Source: the human T2T-CHM13v2.0 reference genome, Homo sapiens. Taken from it: a stretch of 64,000 bases of DNA. Made by a program: the position numbers and the translations under genes. The stretch lies in NCBI RefSeq assembly GCF_009914755.1, contig NC_060931.1; one strand, written 5' to 3'. Shown piece after piece: positions 47,509-61,608 of the stretch (positions are counted from its first letter, which is position 1; the number at the start of each line of letters is the position of its first letter). The notes under the pieces were generated by a model that saw only the letters and a list, made by a program, of their open reading frames with translations, was not told where the DNA came from and ran no database searches.

Positions 47509-50500
47509 GCAATTAATAATCTCAATTATTAATTGATACTGATAATTATCAATATTAATAACTGATCATATAATTCTTAAAATCAATACCGATAATAATG
47601 ATAATTCGTATTAAAGAGTTATACTCACGATAACAATAAATGATGAATATTAATGATTAATGACGCCTGGTCTTAAAGAGTGATATTGATCTTATTCATT
47701 AGAAAACTGTCATATTAGCTCCTAATAATTAACAGTAATATTAATAATCTGAACACTATTTTTAGCAATGATTTCTTAATATTAATATTAATATTGGTAA
47801 TACATATTCATGTTATAAATGAGGAAGAATTAATATGAATATTATCCCTAATACCTCAGTGGGTGTACACCCACCAGTGATATTGTTCCTAATGTCCAGG
47901 GAGGGAGAGAGCATGATATGACGTTCAATATCGCAGTAGGTGTACACCCACCCGGTGATATTGATCCGAATATCATCTCCAGGGGGTGGCGTATGACGTT
48001 ACTCCCAAGATAGCAGTGGGTGTGCATCCACCCGGTGATATTCCTCCTAATATTCCCGGAAGAAGAGAATGCTATTACTCCCAGTATCTCAGGAAGTGTA
48101 CACCTCTTCTGTGACATTGTTCCTAATATCCGGAGGGGGAGAGGGTGATATTACTCGCAATATCGCAGGCTGTGTACACCCACCCTCTCATATTGTTCCT
48201 AGCAGCCAGGAAGTGAGAGGACGATATGACTCCCCATACAGCAGGAGGTGTACACCCATCCTGGGATATTATTCCTAACATCCACGGAGAGGAGAGGCTG
48301 ATATGACTCCCAATATCGCAGGGGGTGTACATCCAGTCTGTGATATTGTTTTTAATATTCAAAGGTGGAGAGGTTGATATTACTCCCAATATCACAGAAA
48401 GTGTACAAACCTGTGTACTATTGTTGCTATTATCCAGAAGAAGAGATGATATCACCCCCCCATCGCAGGAGGTGTACACCCACTCTGTGATATTTTTTCC
48501 AATGTGCAGGGCAGGGGAGGATAATACTCTTCTTCATAGCACAGGGTGTGTACAGCCCCACTGTGATATGGTCCTTAATATTCCAAGGCGGAGAGGATGA
48601 TCTTACTCCCAATACCGCAGAAAGTGTACACAACCCCAGTGATACGGTTCCCATGATCCAGGAGAGAAGAGGATGATGTTACTTTCAATATCGCATGGGG
48701 TGGACACGCCCCCAGTGATATTGTTCCTAATTTCAACGTGGGAGAGGATGATACTACACGGAATGCCCCTAGGGGTAAAAACACTCCTGTGATATTGTTC
48801 TTAATATCAAGGGGAAAGAGGATGCTATTACTCCAAAGAGCGCAGAGGATGTGCACCCGTCTGCGACATAGTTGGTAATTTCCAGAGGCGGAGAAGATAT
48901 TACTGACAATAACGTGAACACGCTGTGTGATCACCGTGGATCGTCATATCCAGGGGGGGAGAGGGGGGCGATGTGACACCCCGCATCGCAGGGGGTGCCC
49001 GCCCCCCTGCGACGTGAATCGTCATATCCAGAGGGGGGTGATATGACTCCCCGCATCGCGGGGGCCTCACCCCCTTGCGATGGGGGTCCTAAGAGCCAGG
49101 GGGTGATAGGGGCTGGCTCTTACTCCCCGTACCCCGGGGTGGGGCCTCAACCCCTGCGATGGGGCTCCTAAGAGCCAGGAGGGGAGAGGGGCTGGCTCTT
49201 ACTCCCGGTATCGCAGGAGGTGTGTACAACCCCTGCGATATTCGGAGTAATATCATCCTCTCCCGCTGAATATAAGAAACAATATCACAGGAGGATGTAC
49301 ACCCCCTGCGATATTGGAAGTAACATCATTTTCTCCCCCTCCGGATATTCGGAACAATATCACAGTGAGTGTGTACAGCCCCTGCGACATTGCCGCTAGT
49401 ATGTTCCTCTCCCTCCCAGGATAGAAGGAAGAATGTCACAAGGGGGTGTACATCCCCTGCGATATTGGCTGTAATATCTTCCTCTCCCCCGCTGCGCTTT
49501 AGGAGCAATGTCACACAAGGGGTGTACACCCCCGGCTATATTGGGAGTGATATCATCCTCTCCGTCCCTGGATATTAGGAACAATATCCCTAGGGAGTGT
49601 ACACATCCTGCAATATTCAGACTAATATCATCCTCTCGCCGCCTGGATATTAGGATCAATATCACAAGGGTGTTGTGCACCCCCGGCGAAATTGGAAGAA
49701 ATATCATCCTCTCCACCTTTGGATGTTAGGGACAGTATCACAGGGGAGGTCTCTGCCCCCTGCGATATTGGGAGTCATACCATCCGCTCCCACCCCACGA
49801 TATTAGGAACAAGATGACCGAAGGGATGTACACCCACTGCGCTATTTTCAATAATGTCATCCTCTACCCCCCGGCTATTAGGAGTAACATCATAGAGGGG
49901 TGTACACTTTCTGCGATATTGGGAGTAATATCCTCTCTCCCACGGATATCGGGAACAGTTCTATTAATTATTAATATTAATAAATATAATAACAATTAAT
50001 AGTAATCATCAATATTAATAATTACAGTAGAGACAGTAAAACTTAGTACGGATGAAAAACATTAATGGTTACTATAAATAATAGTAATATCACTATTAAT
50101 AATAAAATAATGATATCACTAATTAATGTTACTTCAATCATAAGTGATGTTGGTAATAAAACAATAATTAATATTAAGATTAATAACTAATATAAAAAGT
50201 GACATTAATAATTAATTTTAATCATGCATAATCATATCTTGAAATAATCATTAATGATTAATAACGTTATACTGTTAATTAATATTACCATTGATAATTA
50301 TTAATAAGACTGATGTTTAATAATTCAGAATATTATTACTGCTAACACCACAGAGGGTGTACACCTACCTGTGATATTGTTCCTAATATCCAGGGATGGA
50401 GAGCATGATATTAATTTTCATATCGCAGTAGGTGTACACTCACCCTGTGACACCGATCCTAATACCCAGCGGGTAGAGTATGACATGACTGCCAACATAG

Positions 50501-51770
50501 CAATCAATGTACAGCCACCGAGTGATATCGCTCCTAATATTCACGGAAGAAGCATATGATATTACTCCCAATATCGCAGGGAGTGTACAACTCTTCTGTG
50601 ATATTCTTCCTAGTATCCCGAGGGGGAGAGAGTGATAATAATTCCAGCATCGCAGGCTGTGTTCACTCAGCCTGTGAAATTGTTATTAATATCCTGAAAG
50701 GGAGAGGATGATATTACTCCCCATAATAGATAGATATGACTCCCCATAATAGAGCAGGAGGTATACACCCACCCTGTGATATTCTTCCTAATATTCAGAG
50801 GCCGAGAGGTTGATATTACTCCCAATATCGCAGAAAGTATACACCCCAGTGTGAGATGGTCCTTCATAATATTCCAAGGCGGAGGGGGTGATATGACTAC
50901 GTATATGGCAGAAAGTGGACACCCCCCAGGGATATTGTTCCCATGATCCTGGAGGGAAGAGGATGACATTACTTTCAATATCACAGAAGCTGGACACGCC
51001 CCCACTGATATTGTTTCTAATTGCAACGTGGGAGAGGAGGATATGACACGCGATATCCGAGGGAGTGGAAACACCCCTGTGATACTCTTCTTAATATTCA
51101 GGGAGGAAGAGGATGATATTACTCCCAATACAGACGGGTGTACACCCGTCTGTGAAACAGATCATAATCTCCAGACAAGGAGGTGATATTGCTCACAATA
51201 TGGTAAACAGGCTGTGAGTCCACCGCGGATCCTAAAAACCAGGGGGGGAAGAGGGGCTGGCTCTTACTCCCCACATCGCGGGGGGCGCCTCGCCCCCCTG
51301 CCATGTGAATCGTCATATCCAGGGTGTGAGAGGGGGTTGATATGACTCCCCGCGTCGCGGGGGCGCCCGTCCCCCTACGATGTGGATCGTCTTGTCCAGG
51401 GTGGGAGATGGGGGTGATATTACTCCCCGCATGGGGGGGGGGGTCGCCCGCCCCCCTGCGTTGTGGATCCTCGTATCCATGTGGGGAATGGGGGGTGATA
51501 TTACTCCCCGAGTGGCGGGGACGCCTGCCCCCATGAGATATGGATCGTCATATCCAGGGGAGAGAGGGGGGTGAGATTATTTCCCGCATCGAGGGGGGCC
51601 TCCGCCTCCCTGCGATGTGGGTCCTAATATCCAGGGGGGGAGAGGGGGCTTATATTACTCACCGCATCTCGGTGGGCACCCTCGCCCCCCTGCGATGTGG
51701 ATCGTAATATCCAGGGTGGGAGAGGGGGGCGATATTACTGCCCGCATCGTGGGGGGTTATTAATACCTTA
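47509..51770. repeat. SATR-type satellite, about 75-bp units with AT-rich spacers (47509-47850, 49960-50340), GC-rich variants and an inverted segment (about 49225-49960)
   Basis: GGAGAGGATGATATTACTCCCAATATC units; same units in reverse complement at about 49225-49960. Confidence 0.9.
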
Positions 51771-54700
51771 CTCCTGGGAGATTTTCTCTACTGCCACACT
51801 TGGTTGACACCCTGGGACATTATTTTCCGTATTTTGGGAAGATGCGACTGTTAAAATCACAGGAGGGATACACCCTGCGATGTTCGTAATATTTTAGGGG
51901 AATGTTAATCCTGATTTCACAGGACTCTGTACCCTGTTGTATTATTCATAATATCCTAGCGGGACAATAAAAAGAATGTCACAATGTGTGTACACCTTGG
52001 GGTGTTATTCTTAGTCTCCTAAGGGGAAGTTAGTTTATTGTCACACGGTGTATTTTCCCTTTGATATTATTGGTAATATACTTGGGGGATGTCACTCCTT
52101 ATGTCACAGGTTTTCTACACCCTGTCAAATTCCTTGTATTGTTTTTAGAAGATGTCACTCCTCATATCACAGAGGGTGTACACTCTGTGATAATATCGTC
52201 ATATTCTAGGGAAATGTTACTTTTAATGTCACAGAGGGTGTACACCTTGTCAAATTTTTCGTTATAGTTTTGTGGGATGTTACTGCTAATGTCACACGGG
52301 GTGTACACACGGTGATATTACGTGTCATATTCTCTAGAAATATTACTCGTATGTCACAGGTCCTATACACCCTTTAATATTCTTCATAATATTGTAGGAA
52401 TAGGTGACTACTAATGTCACAGGGCGAGTCGGACCTGTCATAAAATTCGTAATATCCTTGCGGGAGTTCACTAGTAATTTCACAATGTGTGTACACCCTT
52501 TGATATTCTTCGTATTATCCTAAGATGTTACTACTCATGTCCCAATGCAGGTACATTCTCTGATATTCTTCATTATATCCTAGGGGGATGTTACTTCTAA
52601 TGTCACACGGGGTGTACTCCCTGTGTTCTATTTCGTAATGTCCTAGGACAGTTTTACTTTTAATGACTCAGGGGGTGTACACATTGTGATATGATTCGTG
52701 GTATTCTAGAAGGATGTTACTCCTAATGTCACAGGGGTGTAGACCCTGTGAAAGTGTTCATAATTTTCCAGGGGTCTATACTCCTAATGTCACAGAAGAT
52801 AACACCCAGTGACATTATTCATAATATTCTAGCGAGATGATACTCCTAATGTCACAGGGGGTGTACACCCTGTGATATTATTCTAAGTATTCTCGGGGGA
52901 TGTTACTCTTAATGTCACACGTGTGTTCCTTCTGTGATATTATTGAAAATATGCTAGCTGGATATTACTACTAATGTCACAATGCGTGTACACCTTGTGA
53001 TATTATTAGTAATATTCTGGGGGGATGTTACCCCTAACGTTACAGGGGTGTACACCATGTGATATTGTTCCCAATATTGTAGGGGGATGTTACTCCTAAT
53101 GTCACGGGAGCTGTACACCCTTCGATATTATTTGTAATCTTATAGAGAGATATTACTTAAAGTATCATAGTGGGTGTACACACATGGGGTACACCCACTG
53201 GGATATTATTTCTAATATCTTCGAGAGACATAACTCCTAATATCACAGTGGGCGTACCCCATGTGTTTACACCTGTGATATTCTTTGTAATATCCATGGT
53301 AAACATGACTGCTAGTATCCCACAGAGGGTACACCCTGTGATATTATTCACCATATCTGAGGGAGGTATAACTTTTAATATCACAGTGGGTGTACAAACT
53401 GTGATATTATTTGTCATATCGTAGAAGTATATTATTCCTATTGTCACAGGGGTTTCACATCCTGTGAAATTATTTGTAGTCATCCAGGGGGATGATTATC
53501 GTAAAGTCGCAGGGTGTGTACACCCTGTGATATTCTTCTTCATATTCTAGGGGGATGTGACTCCTCATGTTGCAAATGTGTACACGCTGTGATATTATTC
53601 ACCATCTACTAGCTGGCTATTGTTACTAATGTCACAATGTGTGTACACCTTGTGATGTTATTCATAATATCCTAAGGGGATGTTCCTCCTGTTGTCACAG
53701 GGGCTGCGCTTTCTGTGCTATGATTTGTAGTATCCCAGGGGATGTTACTCCTACCATACAAATTGGGTACACTTTGTTATATTATTCGTAATATCCTAGA
53801 GTGATGTTACCCTTCATATCACGGGGGTGTTCCTCCTGTGATGTTATTCTTCACATTCTAGGAAGATGTGAACCCCTAATATCACAGAGCGTGTACAATC
53901 TGTGAAGTTATTCATAATAGTTTCGGGGGATGTTACTCCTAATGTCACACTTGGTGTATAAACCGTGATATGATTTGTCAAGCTTTTTTGGATATGTTAG
54001 TCCTAATCTCACAGGGGCTGTACACCCCGTGATATTATTCATAATATCTTAAAGAAATATTACCACTAATATCACAGGTGGTGTACACCCTGTGGTATTA
54101 TTCCCGATGTTGTAGGGTGATGTTACTCCTAATGTTACAGATGGTATTCACATTCTGATAATACTCGTCATACCCTAAAGGGATGTTACTACTGATGTCA
54201 CAATGCACGTACACAATCTGATATTATTTCTTATATCCTCGGGCAATGTTGCTTCTAATGTCACATGGGGTGTACACTTTTTGATTTTATTCGTCATATT
54301 TTAGAAAGATGTTACTCCTAATGTCACAGAGGGTGTACGCCCTGTGAAGTTATTCATAATAATTTTGGAGGCTGGGACTCCTAATGTCACCCGTGGTGTA
54401 CAAACAGTGATATTATTCGTAATATTTTATGGAAATGTTACTCCAAATGTCGCAGGGGCCTTACACCTTGTAATATTATTCATCATAACCTAATGAAATG
54501 TTACCTCTAATGTCACAGGGGGTGTACACCGTATGATATGGTGCCCAATATTGTAGGGGGATGTTACTCCTAATATTACAGGGGGCGTTCACACTGTGAT
54601 AATATTCGTAATATCCTAAATGGATGTTAATGCTAGTGACACGACGCGTGTACATCCTCTGTATTTGTTCGTTATATCCTCGGGGGAGGTTTCTCCTACT

Positions 54701-55750
54701 GTCACATGGGGTGTACTCTCTGTGATATTATTCAGAATATCCTAGGTGGATGTTACTCCTCGTGTCACAGGGGCTGTGCATTCATTTTGTGATGTTATTC
54801 ACAATGTCCTAGAAGGATGTTACTCCTCAGGTCACAGGGGATGTACACCCTGTGATATTATTCATACTATCCTAGGGGATGTTACTCCAAATGTCACAGA
54901 AGGTGTACACTCTGTGATATTACTTGCAATGTGCCAGGGAAATGTACTCCTAATGTCACAGGGCATGTGCACCATGTGTGCACAGCCCCTGTGATGTTAT
55001 TTGTAATATTCTTGAGGGATGTTAATCCTAATATTCCATATGCTGTTAACCATGTGTGAACACCTTTGTGGTATTATTCCTAACATACTAGAAAGATGTA
55101 ACTCCTAACATCACGTGGGGTATAGGCCATGTGCGTACACCTTCTGTGATATTATTCATAACATCGTAGGGAGATGCTACTCCTAATTTTACAAGGTGCG
55201 TACATTATGTGTGTACACCCCCTCTGATGGTATTCGTAATATTCTAGGGGAATGTTGCTGCTAATGTCACAGGGAGAGTACACCATGTGTATGCAACCCT
55301 GGTAATATTATTTCTAATATCTTGGGGGGGTGTTGCTCCTAATGTCACCTGGAGTGTACAGCATGTGTGTACACCTTCTGTGATATTCATAAATCACAGA
55401 AAAAGATTACGCCTAATGTAACAGGATGTGTACACCGTGTGCATCAACCGCCTTTGATATTATTCGTAATATACTAGGGGGCTGTGACTTTGAATGTCAC
55501 AAAGAGTGTACAAAATGTCACAGGGTGTGTATGCCTCATGATATGATTCCTGATATCCAGAAGGATGTTACTCCTAAGGTCACGGGGGTGCACACACTTC
55601 GATAATATTTGTAGTCTTATAGGGAGATTTTACTGTAAATCTCACAGTGGGTGTACACTATGTACACTATGTGTAGACTGTGATATTATTTGTAATATCT
55701 CAGATACTACAGAGTTATAGCTCTCCGTGTTATATTAGAATTATATCTAA

Positions 55751-55819
55751 GACAGTACAAATAATACCACAGTGGGTGTACCTCATGTGTGTACACCCTG
55801 TGATATTATTTGTAATATC
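55751..55819 (+). ncRNA. MIR5692A1: Annotated satellite-derived miRNA hairpin mir-5692a-1
   Basis: GACAGTACAAATAATACCACAGTGGGTGTAC...GTACACCCTGTGATATTATTTGTAATATC hairpin; contains the recalled mature sequence CAAATAATACCACAGTGGGTGT. Confidence 0.75.
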
Positions 55820-56497
55820 CATGGTAAACATTACATCTAATATCACAGAGAGTGTTCTCCCTTTGATATTTCTCATACTCTCATAGGGAGATATTGCTTT
55901 TAATGTCGCAGTGGGTGTACACCATGCGTGTACATTCTGTGATACACCTTATATCCTAGGGAGATATCTCTCCGAATATCAGTGTGTGTACGCCTTGTGA
56001 TATTCTTCATATCCTAGAAGGATGTTACTCCTAATAAGACAGAGGGCGTACACCCAGTGATGTTCTTTGTAATATCCTAGGGAGATGTTACTCCTAATGT
56101 CACACGGGGTGTACACCCATGATATTATTCCTAATATTCTAGGGGGATGTTACTTTTAAAGTCACAGGGGGCGTACACCCTGTGAGGTTGTTCGTAATAT
56201 CCTAAGAAGATGTTGCTCTTAATGTCACATGGGGTGTACACCCTGTGATATTACTCGGAATATCTTATGGGGATGCTACTCCTAACGTCACAGGCTGTGT
56301 ACACCCTGTGATGCTATTCGGAATAGCCACAGAGATGTTACTTTTGATGTCACAGACAGGGTCCACCCTTTGATTTTTTTATCATCTTAGGGAGATATGA
56401 CTTCAAATATCACAGTGGGTGTACACCCACTGTGATGTTATTCGGAATACCCTAGGGAGATATAACTTTTAATATCACCGTGGGCGTACATACTATT

Positions 56498-56574
56498 TGT
56501 GTACACCTACTGTGATATTATTCCTAATATCCTAAAAATAAATAGGACTCCTAATATCACAGTTGGTGTACACA
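56498..56574 (-). ncRNA. MIR5692C2: Annotated satellite-derived miRNA hairpin mir-5692c-2
   Basis: Minus-strand hairpin containing AATAATATCACAGTAGGTGTAC (recalled miR-5692c). Confidence 0.7.
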
Positions 56575-58116
56575 CTGTGATATGAGTCGTAATATTCCAA
56601 CAGGATGTTACTCCTCAGGTCACAGGTGGTTAATACCCTGGGACAGTATTCCTCATATTCCAGGGTGGTGATACTCCTAAAGTCACAGGGTGTGTACCCC
56701 CTGTGATATTATTCCTCCTATTCAAGGGGGACGTTACTCCTAATGTCACAGGGATGTACACCCTGTGATATTATTCATAGTATACCAGAGGGATATTAGT
56801 ACGAATGTCACAATGCGTGTACATCTTGGCATATCATTCGTATTATCCTAATGTCACAGGGGGTGTGTTCCCTGTGACATTATTCCTAATATCCTAGACG
56901 GCTATTTCTCCTAACATTACAGGGTGTGTACACCTTGTCATATCATTCATAATATCCTAAAACTACGTTATTCCTCATGTCACAGAGGGTGTTCACCTTG
57001 TGATATTATTCGTAATTGTTTTGTGGGATGTTACTCCTAATGTCATACAGGGTGTACACAGAGTCACACAGTGCTATGACGTGTAATATTATATAGAAAT
57101 GTTACTCGTAAATCACAGGGGCTGTACCTCCTGTGATATTATTCGTCATATTCTAGGGGAATGTTACTATTGTCACAGGGGGTGTACACCCTGTGACATT
57201 ACTCGTCATATCCTAGCGGGATGTTACTACCAATGTCACAATGCGTGTACACCCTGTGATACGATTTATAATATCCTAGAGACGTTACTAAGGTCACAAT
57301 GCATGTAGACCCTCTGATATTATTCATCATATCCTCGGGGGATGTCACTTTTAATGTCACACGGGGTGTACTCCCTGTGATATTATTCATAATATCCTAA
57401 GGGCTTGTTACTTTTAATGTCACCAGGGGTGTATATCATGCATATTCAACACCTGTGATACTATTCCTAATATCCTAGGGGCATGTTCCTCCTAATGTCA
57501 CATGGGGTGTACACCATGTGTGTACACCTGCTGTGGTATTATTCATAATATCCTAGGGGAATGTTACTCCTGATGGCACAGACGGTGTACACCGTGTGTG
57601 TACACCGCCTGTCATTACTCGTAATATCCTAGGGGGATGTTTCTTTCAATGTCACAAAGGGTGTACAAAATGTCACAAAATGTGTTCACCTTGTGACGTT
57701 ATCTGTAATACCCTGGAAGGACGTTACTCCTAATAGGTCACGGGGGTGTACACCTTTTGATATTATTTGTAATCTCATAGAGAGATATGACTTGAAATAT
57801 CAGTGGATGTACACACATAGTGTATACCCTGTGATATGATTCATAATATCCTAGGGAGATACAACTCCTGATATCACAGTGCGTGTACCCCGGGTGTGTA
57901 CACCCTTGATGTTAATCATAATATCCAGGGTAAAGATTACTCCTAAGATCACACAGTGGGCATACCCTGTGATAATTTTCATCATATTATAGGGAAATAT
58001 TGCTTCTAATATCACAGTGGTTATACCCCTTTTGTGTATACTGTGTGACAGTATTCTTTATATCCTAGGGAGGTATTACTCCTAATATCACAGTAGGTGT
58101 TCACCCTGTGTTATCA

Positions 58117-59135
58117 TTATTTGACCTTGCTGCCTTTTTGAACCCACACTACAAAGGAATGGAACAGATAAGATATTGAGATTAGACTGTGCTGCCGTGC
58201 GGCTGCCGCAGGACACCTTTCATATCCCTGTTTCTCAGGCTGTAGATGAAGGGGGTCAGCATGGGGGTGACCAGTGTGTACATCACTGAGGCCACTGCAC
58301 CCTTTCTGGGGGAAGATGACACATCTGAACTGAGGTACCCTCCAACGCCTGTTCCATAAACTCAGCAAACAACTGACAGGCAAGACCCACAGGTGGAGAG
58401 GGCTTTATACTTCCCACCTGATGAAGAAACCCTCAGAATGGAGGAAACAATTTTAGAGAAAGAGAAAAGGGTCCCCAAGATGGGAAGAAAACCAAATATG
58501 GCAGCAGGGAAATACATGATTATGTTAATGGTGAAGGTGTCACAACATGCAAGATGGGAGAGTTGAGAAGGGTCACAGAAGAAATTAGGAATTTCCACAT
58601 CCTTGAAGCAGGTCACTTGTAAGGCAATCAAGTTGTGCAGCTGGGAGTCTAAAAGACTGAGAAAAAAAAAGACAACAAAACTAGAAAGGCACAGAAACAC
58701 GGGTTCATGATGGTGAATGATATAGCGGGTGACAGATGGCTACAAACCAGTCATAGGCCATCACACTCAGGAGCATGTCTCTCTTCCATGCCTCCAAAAA
58801 TGGCAAAGAGAGACATCTGAGTCAGGCAGCCTGCATAGGAGATGACTCTGCTGTGAGACTGGATGTCCACAATCATCTTGGGGACCGTGGTGGAGGTGAA
58901 ACCGATGTCAGGCAAGGACAGGTTGGAGAGGAAGAAGTACATGGGGGTGTGGAGGTGGGAGTCAGGGCTGATGGCCAGGATGATGAGCAGGTTCCCCAGC
59001 ACCGTGACCAGGCACATGGACAGGAACAGCCCAGCAAGGACTGGCTGCAGTTCTGGATCCCCTGAGACTTCTAGGAGGAGGAATATAGAGACATCTGTTA
59101 GATTCTGTGGGTCTGCATAATTTGGACACCTTTGC
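58117..59135 (-). pseudogene. OR7E38P: Olfactory receptor family 7E pseudogene (probably OR7E38P)
   Basis: [50 protein letters not shown]; frameshift after GGMEE, stop after VVC; adjacent to CCZ1 pseudogene. Confidence 0.88.
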
Positions 59136-59803
59136 CTAGAAACGAGGGTTGAAAAATGGGAAACAAGTAAACCAACACCTGGCATTGTGTCTGCATTTTG
59201 AATAGAAGCAATTCACAAGTAATGTTTTCAGATTTCAGAGCAATCCACACTCAGCAATATTTTGCAGTTCTGACAGACTCAATTGTCTTCTAATGCTTTC
59301 ATCATTGATTTCTGTGTTATTCACTTCTTGCTGTACACACCTGCCTTAGAGACACTAGATTCAAGAATGTTCCAAGAACCAGATCATCATACATAACAAA
59401 TTCGTAACTGCTAGAAAATACAGCCTATCTTTTCCGAAGAAAACTATGTAATAAAACCATTCTCTTCACTTGAAGAAAAAGGTTATCCTAATTAAAGGAA
59501 ATTAAGAACTCAAATATTTTATTCTACTAGATTGATGAATTCCCTTGATTTAGAACATTTATAAACACTGTAGAACAGCTGAGACCATGTCATCTGGAAA
59601 TGAAATTAAAGTTGATAGTTCATAAGCAGAAAATAATTCCACATGCCAGTTAGGTCCTAGTGATTTCATCATTATGTTTTCTGACTTTTCTCCTTCAAGA
59701 GAGTAATTGCTTACTCAAATCGGTGGGTCTGGTTTTAAAATTCATGGAAGCTGTAACTCCTGTCCTTAGCTTAGGTGGACTTAGAGTTTTCATCAGAAAG
59801 TTT

Positions 59804-60100
<297 letters not shown>

Positions 60101-60470
60101 AAGAGGAATCAAGTAAGTCAAAGTTACACTTATGACAGCCAATTTTTGTGAACCAAGGAAGTGTGAATTCAAGAATTCACATAGATGTTGACTTTGGCTA
60201 TCTCCTATGTGCCAAGCAAGATATAGGCTCTAGGGAATTATTAATTCAGCTTATTAAATCTCCCAGTTCTTTTCAATACAGAGACTATTTACATGAGAAA
60301 ACTTAAGTTAAAAATATGTTACAAAAACTACCATTAAGTGATGTTGTCTCATTTATGAAACCACCTAATTGCTTTAGGCATCTTTCAAAAATTTCAACTT
60401 ATCCTGAAGTTTCAATTTACATACAGAATATCACCCACATTTTTGTTATTTTTCAGTTTCCTCTCAATGA

Positions 60471-60788
<318 letters not shown>

Positions 60789-61245
60789 GTCTCGCTGAAA
60801 CTTTTAAATCATAAAATTATCTGCATTCTGTACATTCCTTGAGCACATAGACACACTTTTTCATCAATGGGGACACATTCCTACTATAAGGCTGAGAAAA
60901 GAGAAGGGAGTTCAATACTTACTGAATAAATGTAGGCATAAACCTCACTACCTGTTTCAAAGGCCTCATTATTTTCTTCTCTAAGACAAATACAGAGTCA
61001 CTTTGCAGTCATTTACAGATTTCTCTTTAAACAACCCTGAGCCTAGAGATAGGCGTAAGTGGTTGGACTCTGAGTTGAGAAAGAATGCCATGCTTACCTT
61101 GTACATGCTGTAGCACTGCTGCAGCACCGAGCTATAAACCTTGTCCTACACACACGAAAACATAGCACACATATCAGTTCAAGGGAAAAACAATGTCTAC
61201 TGGATAGATGGCAAAGGTACACTGACTCTTGGCCAAACAGGATAA

Positions 61246-61608
<363 letters not shown>

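Larger units (their letters stand above)
51771..58116. repeat. SATR-type satellite, about 63-bp units
   Basis: GATGTTACTCCTAATGTCACAGGGGGTGTACACCCTGTGATATTATTCGTAATATCCTAGGG tandem; spacing 62-63 at 56084, 56146, 56209. Confidence 0.92.

Noticed and set aside
43209-47525. Functional retroviral pol or gag
   Set aside because: Multiple frameshifts and stops, RT YVDD motif destroyed, no LTR or env
40891-58116. CRISPR-like array of palindromic repeats with spacers
   Set aside because: The linkers are homologous to one another rather than unique spacers, the context is primate genomic DNA, and there are no cas genes; it is a tandem satellite
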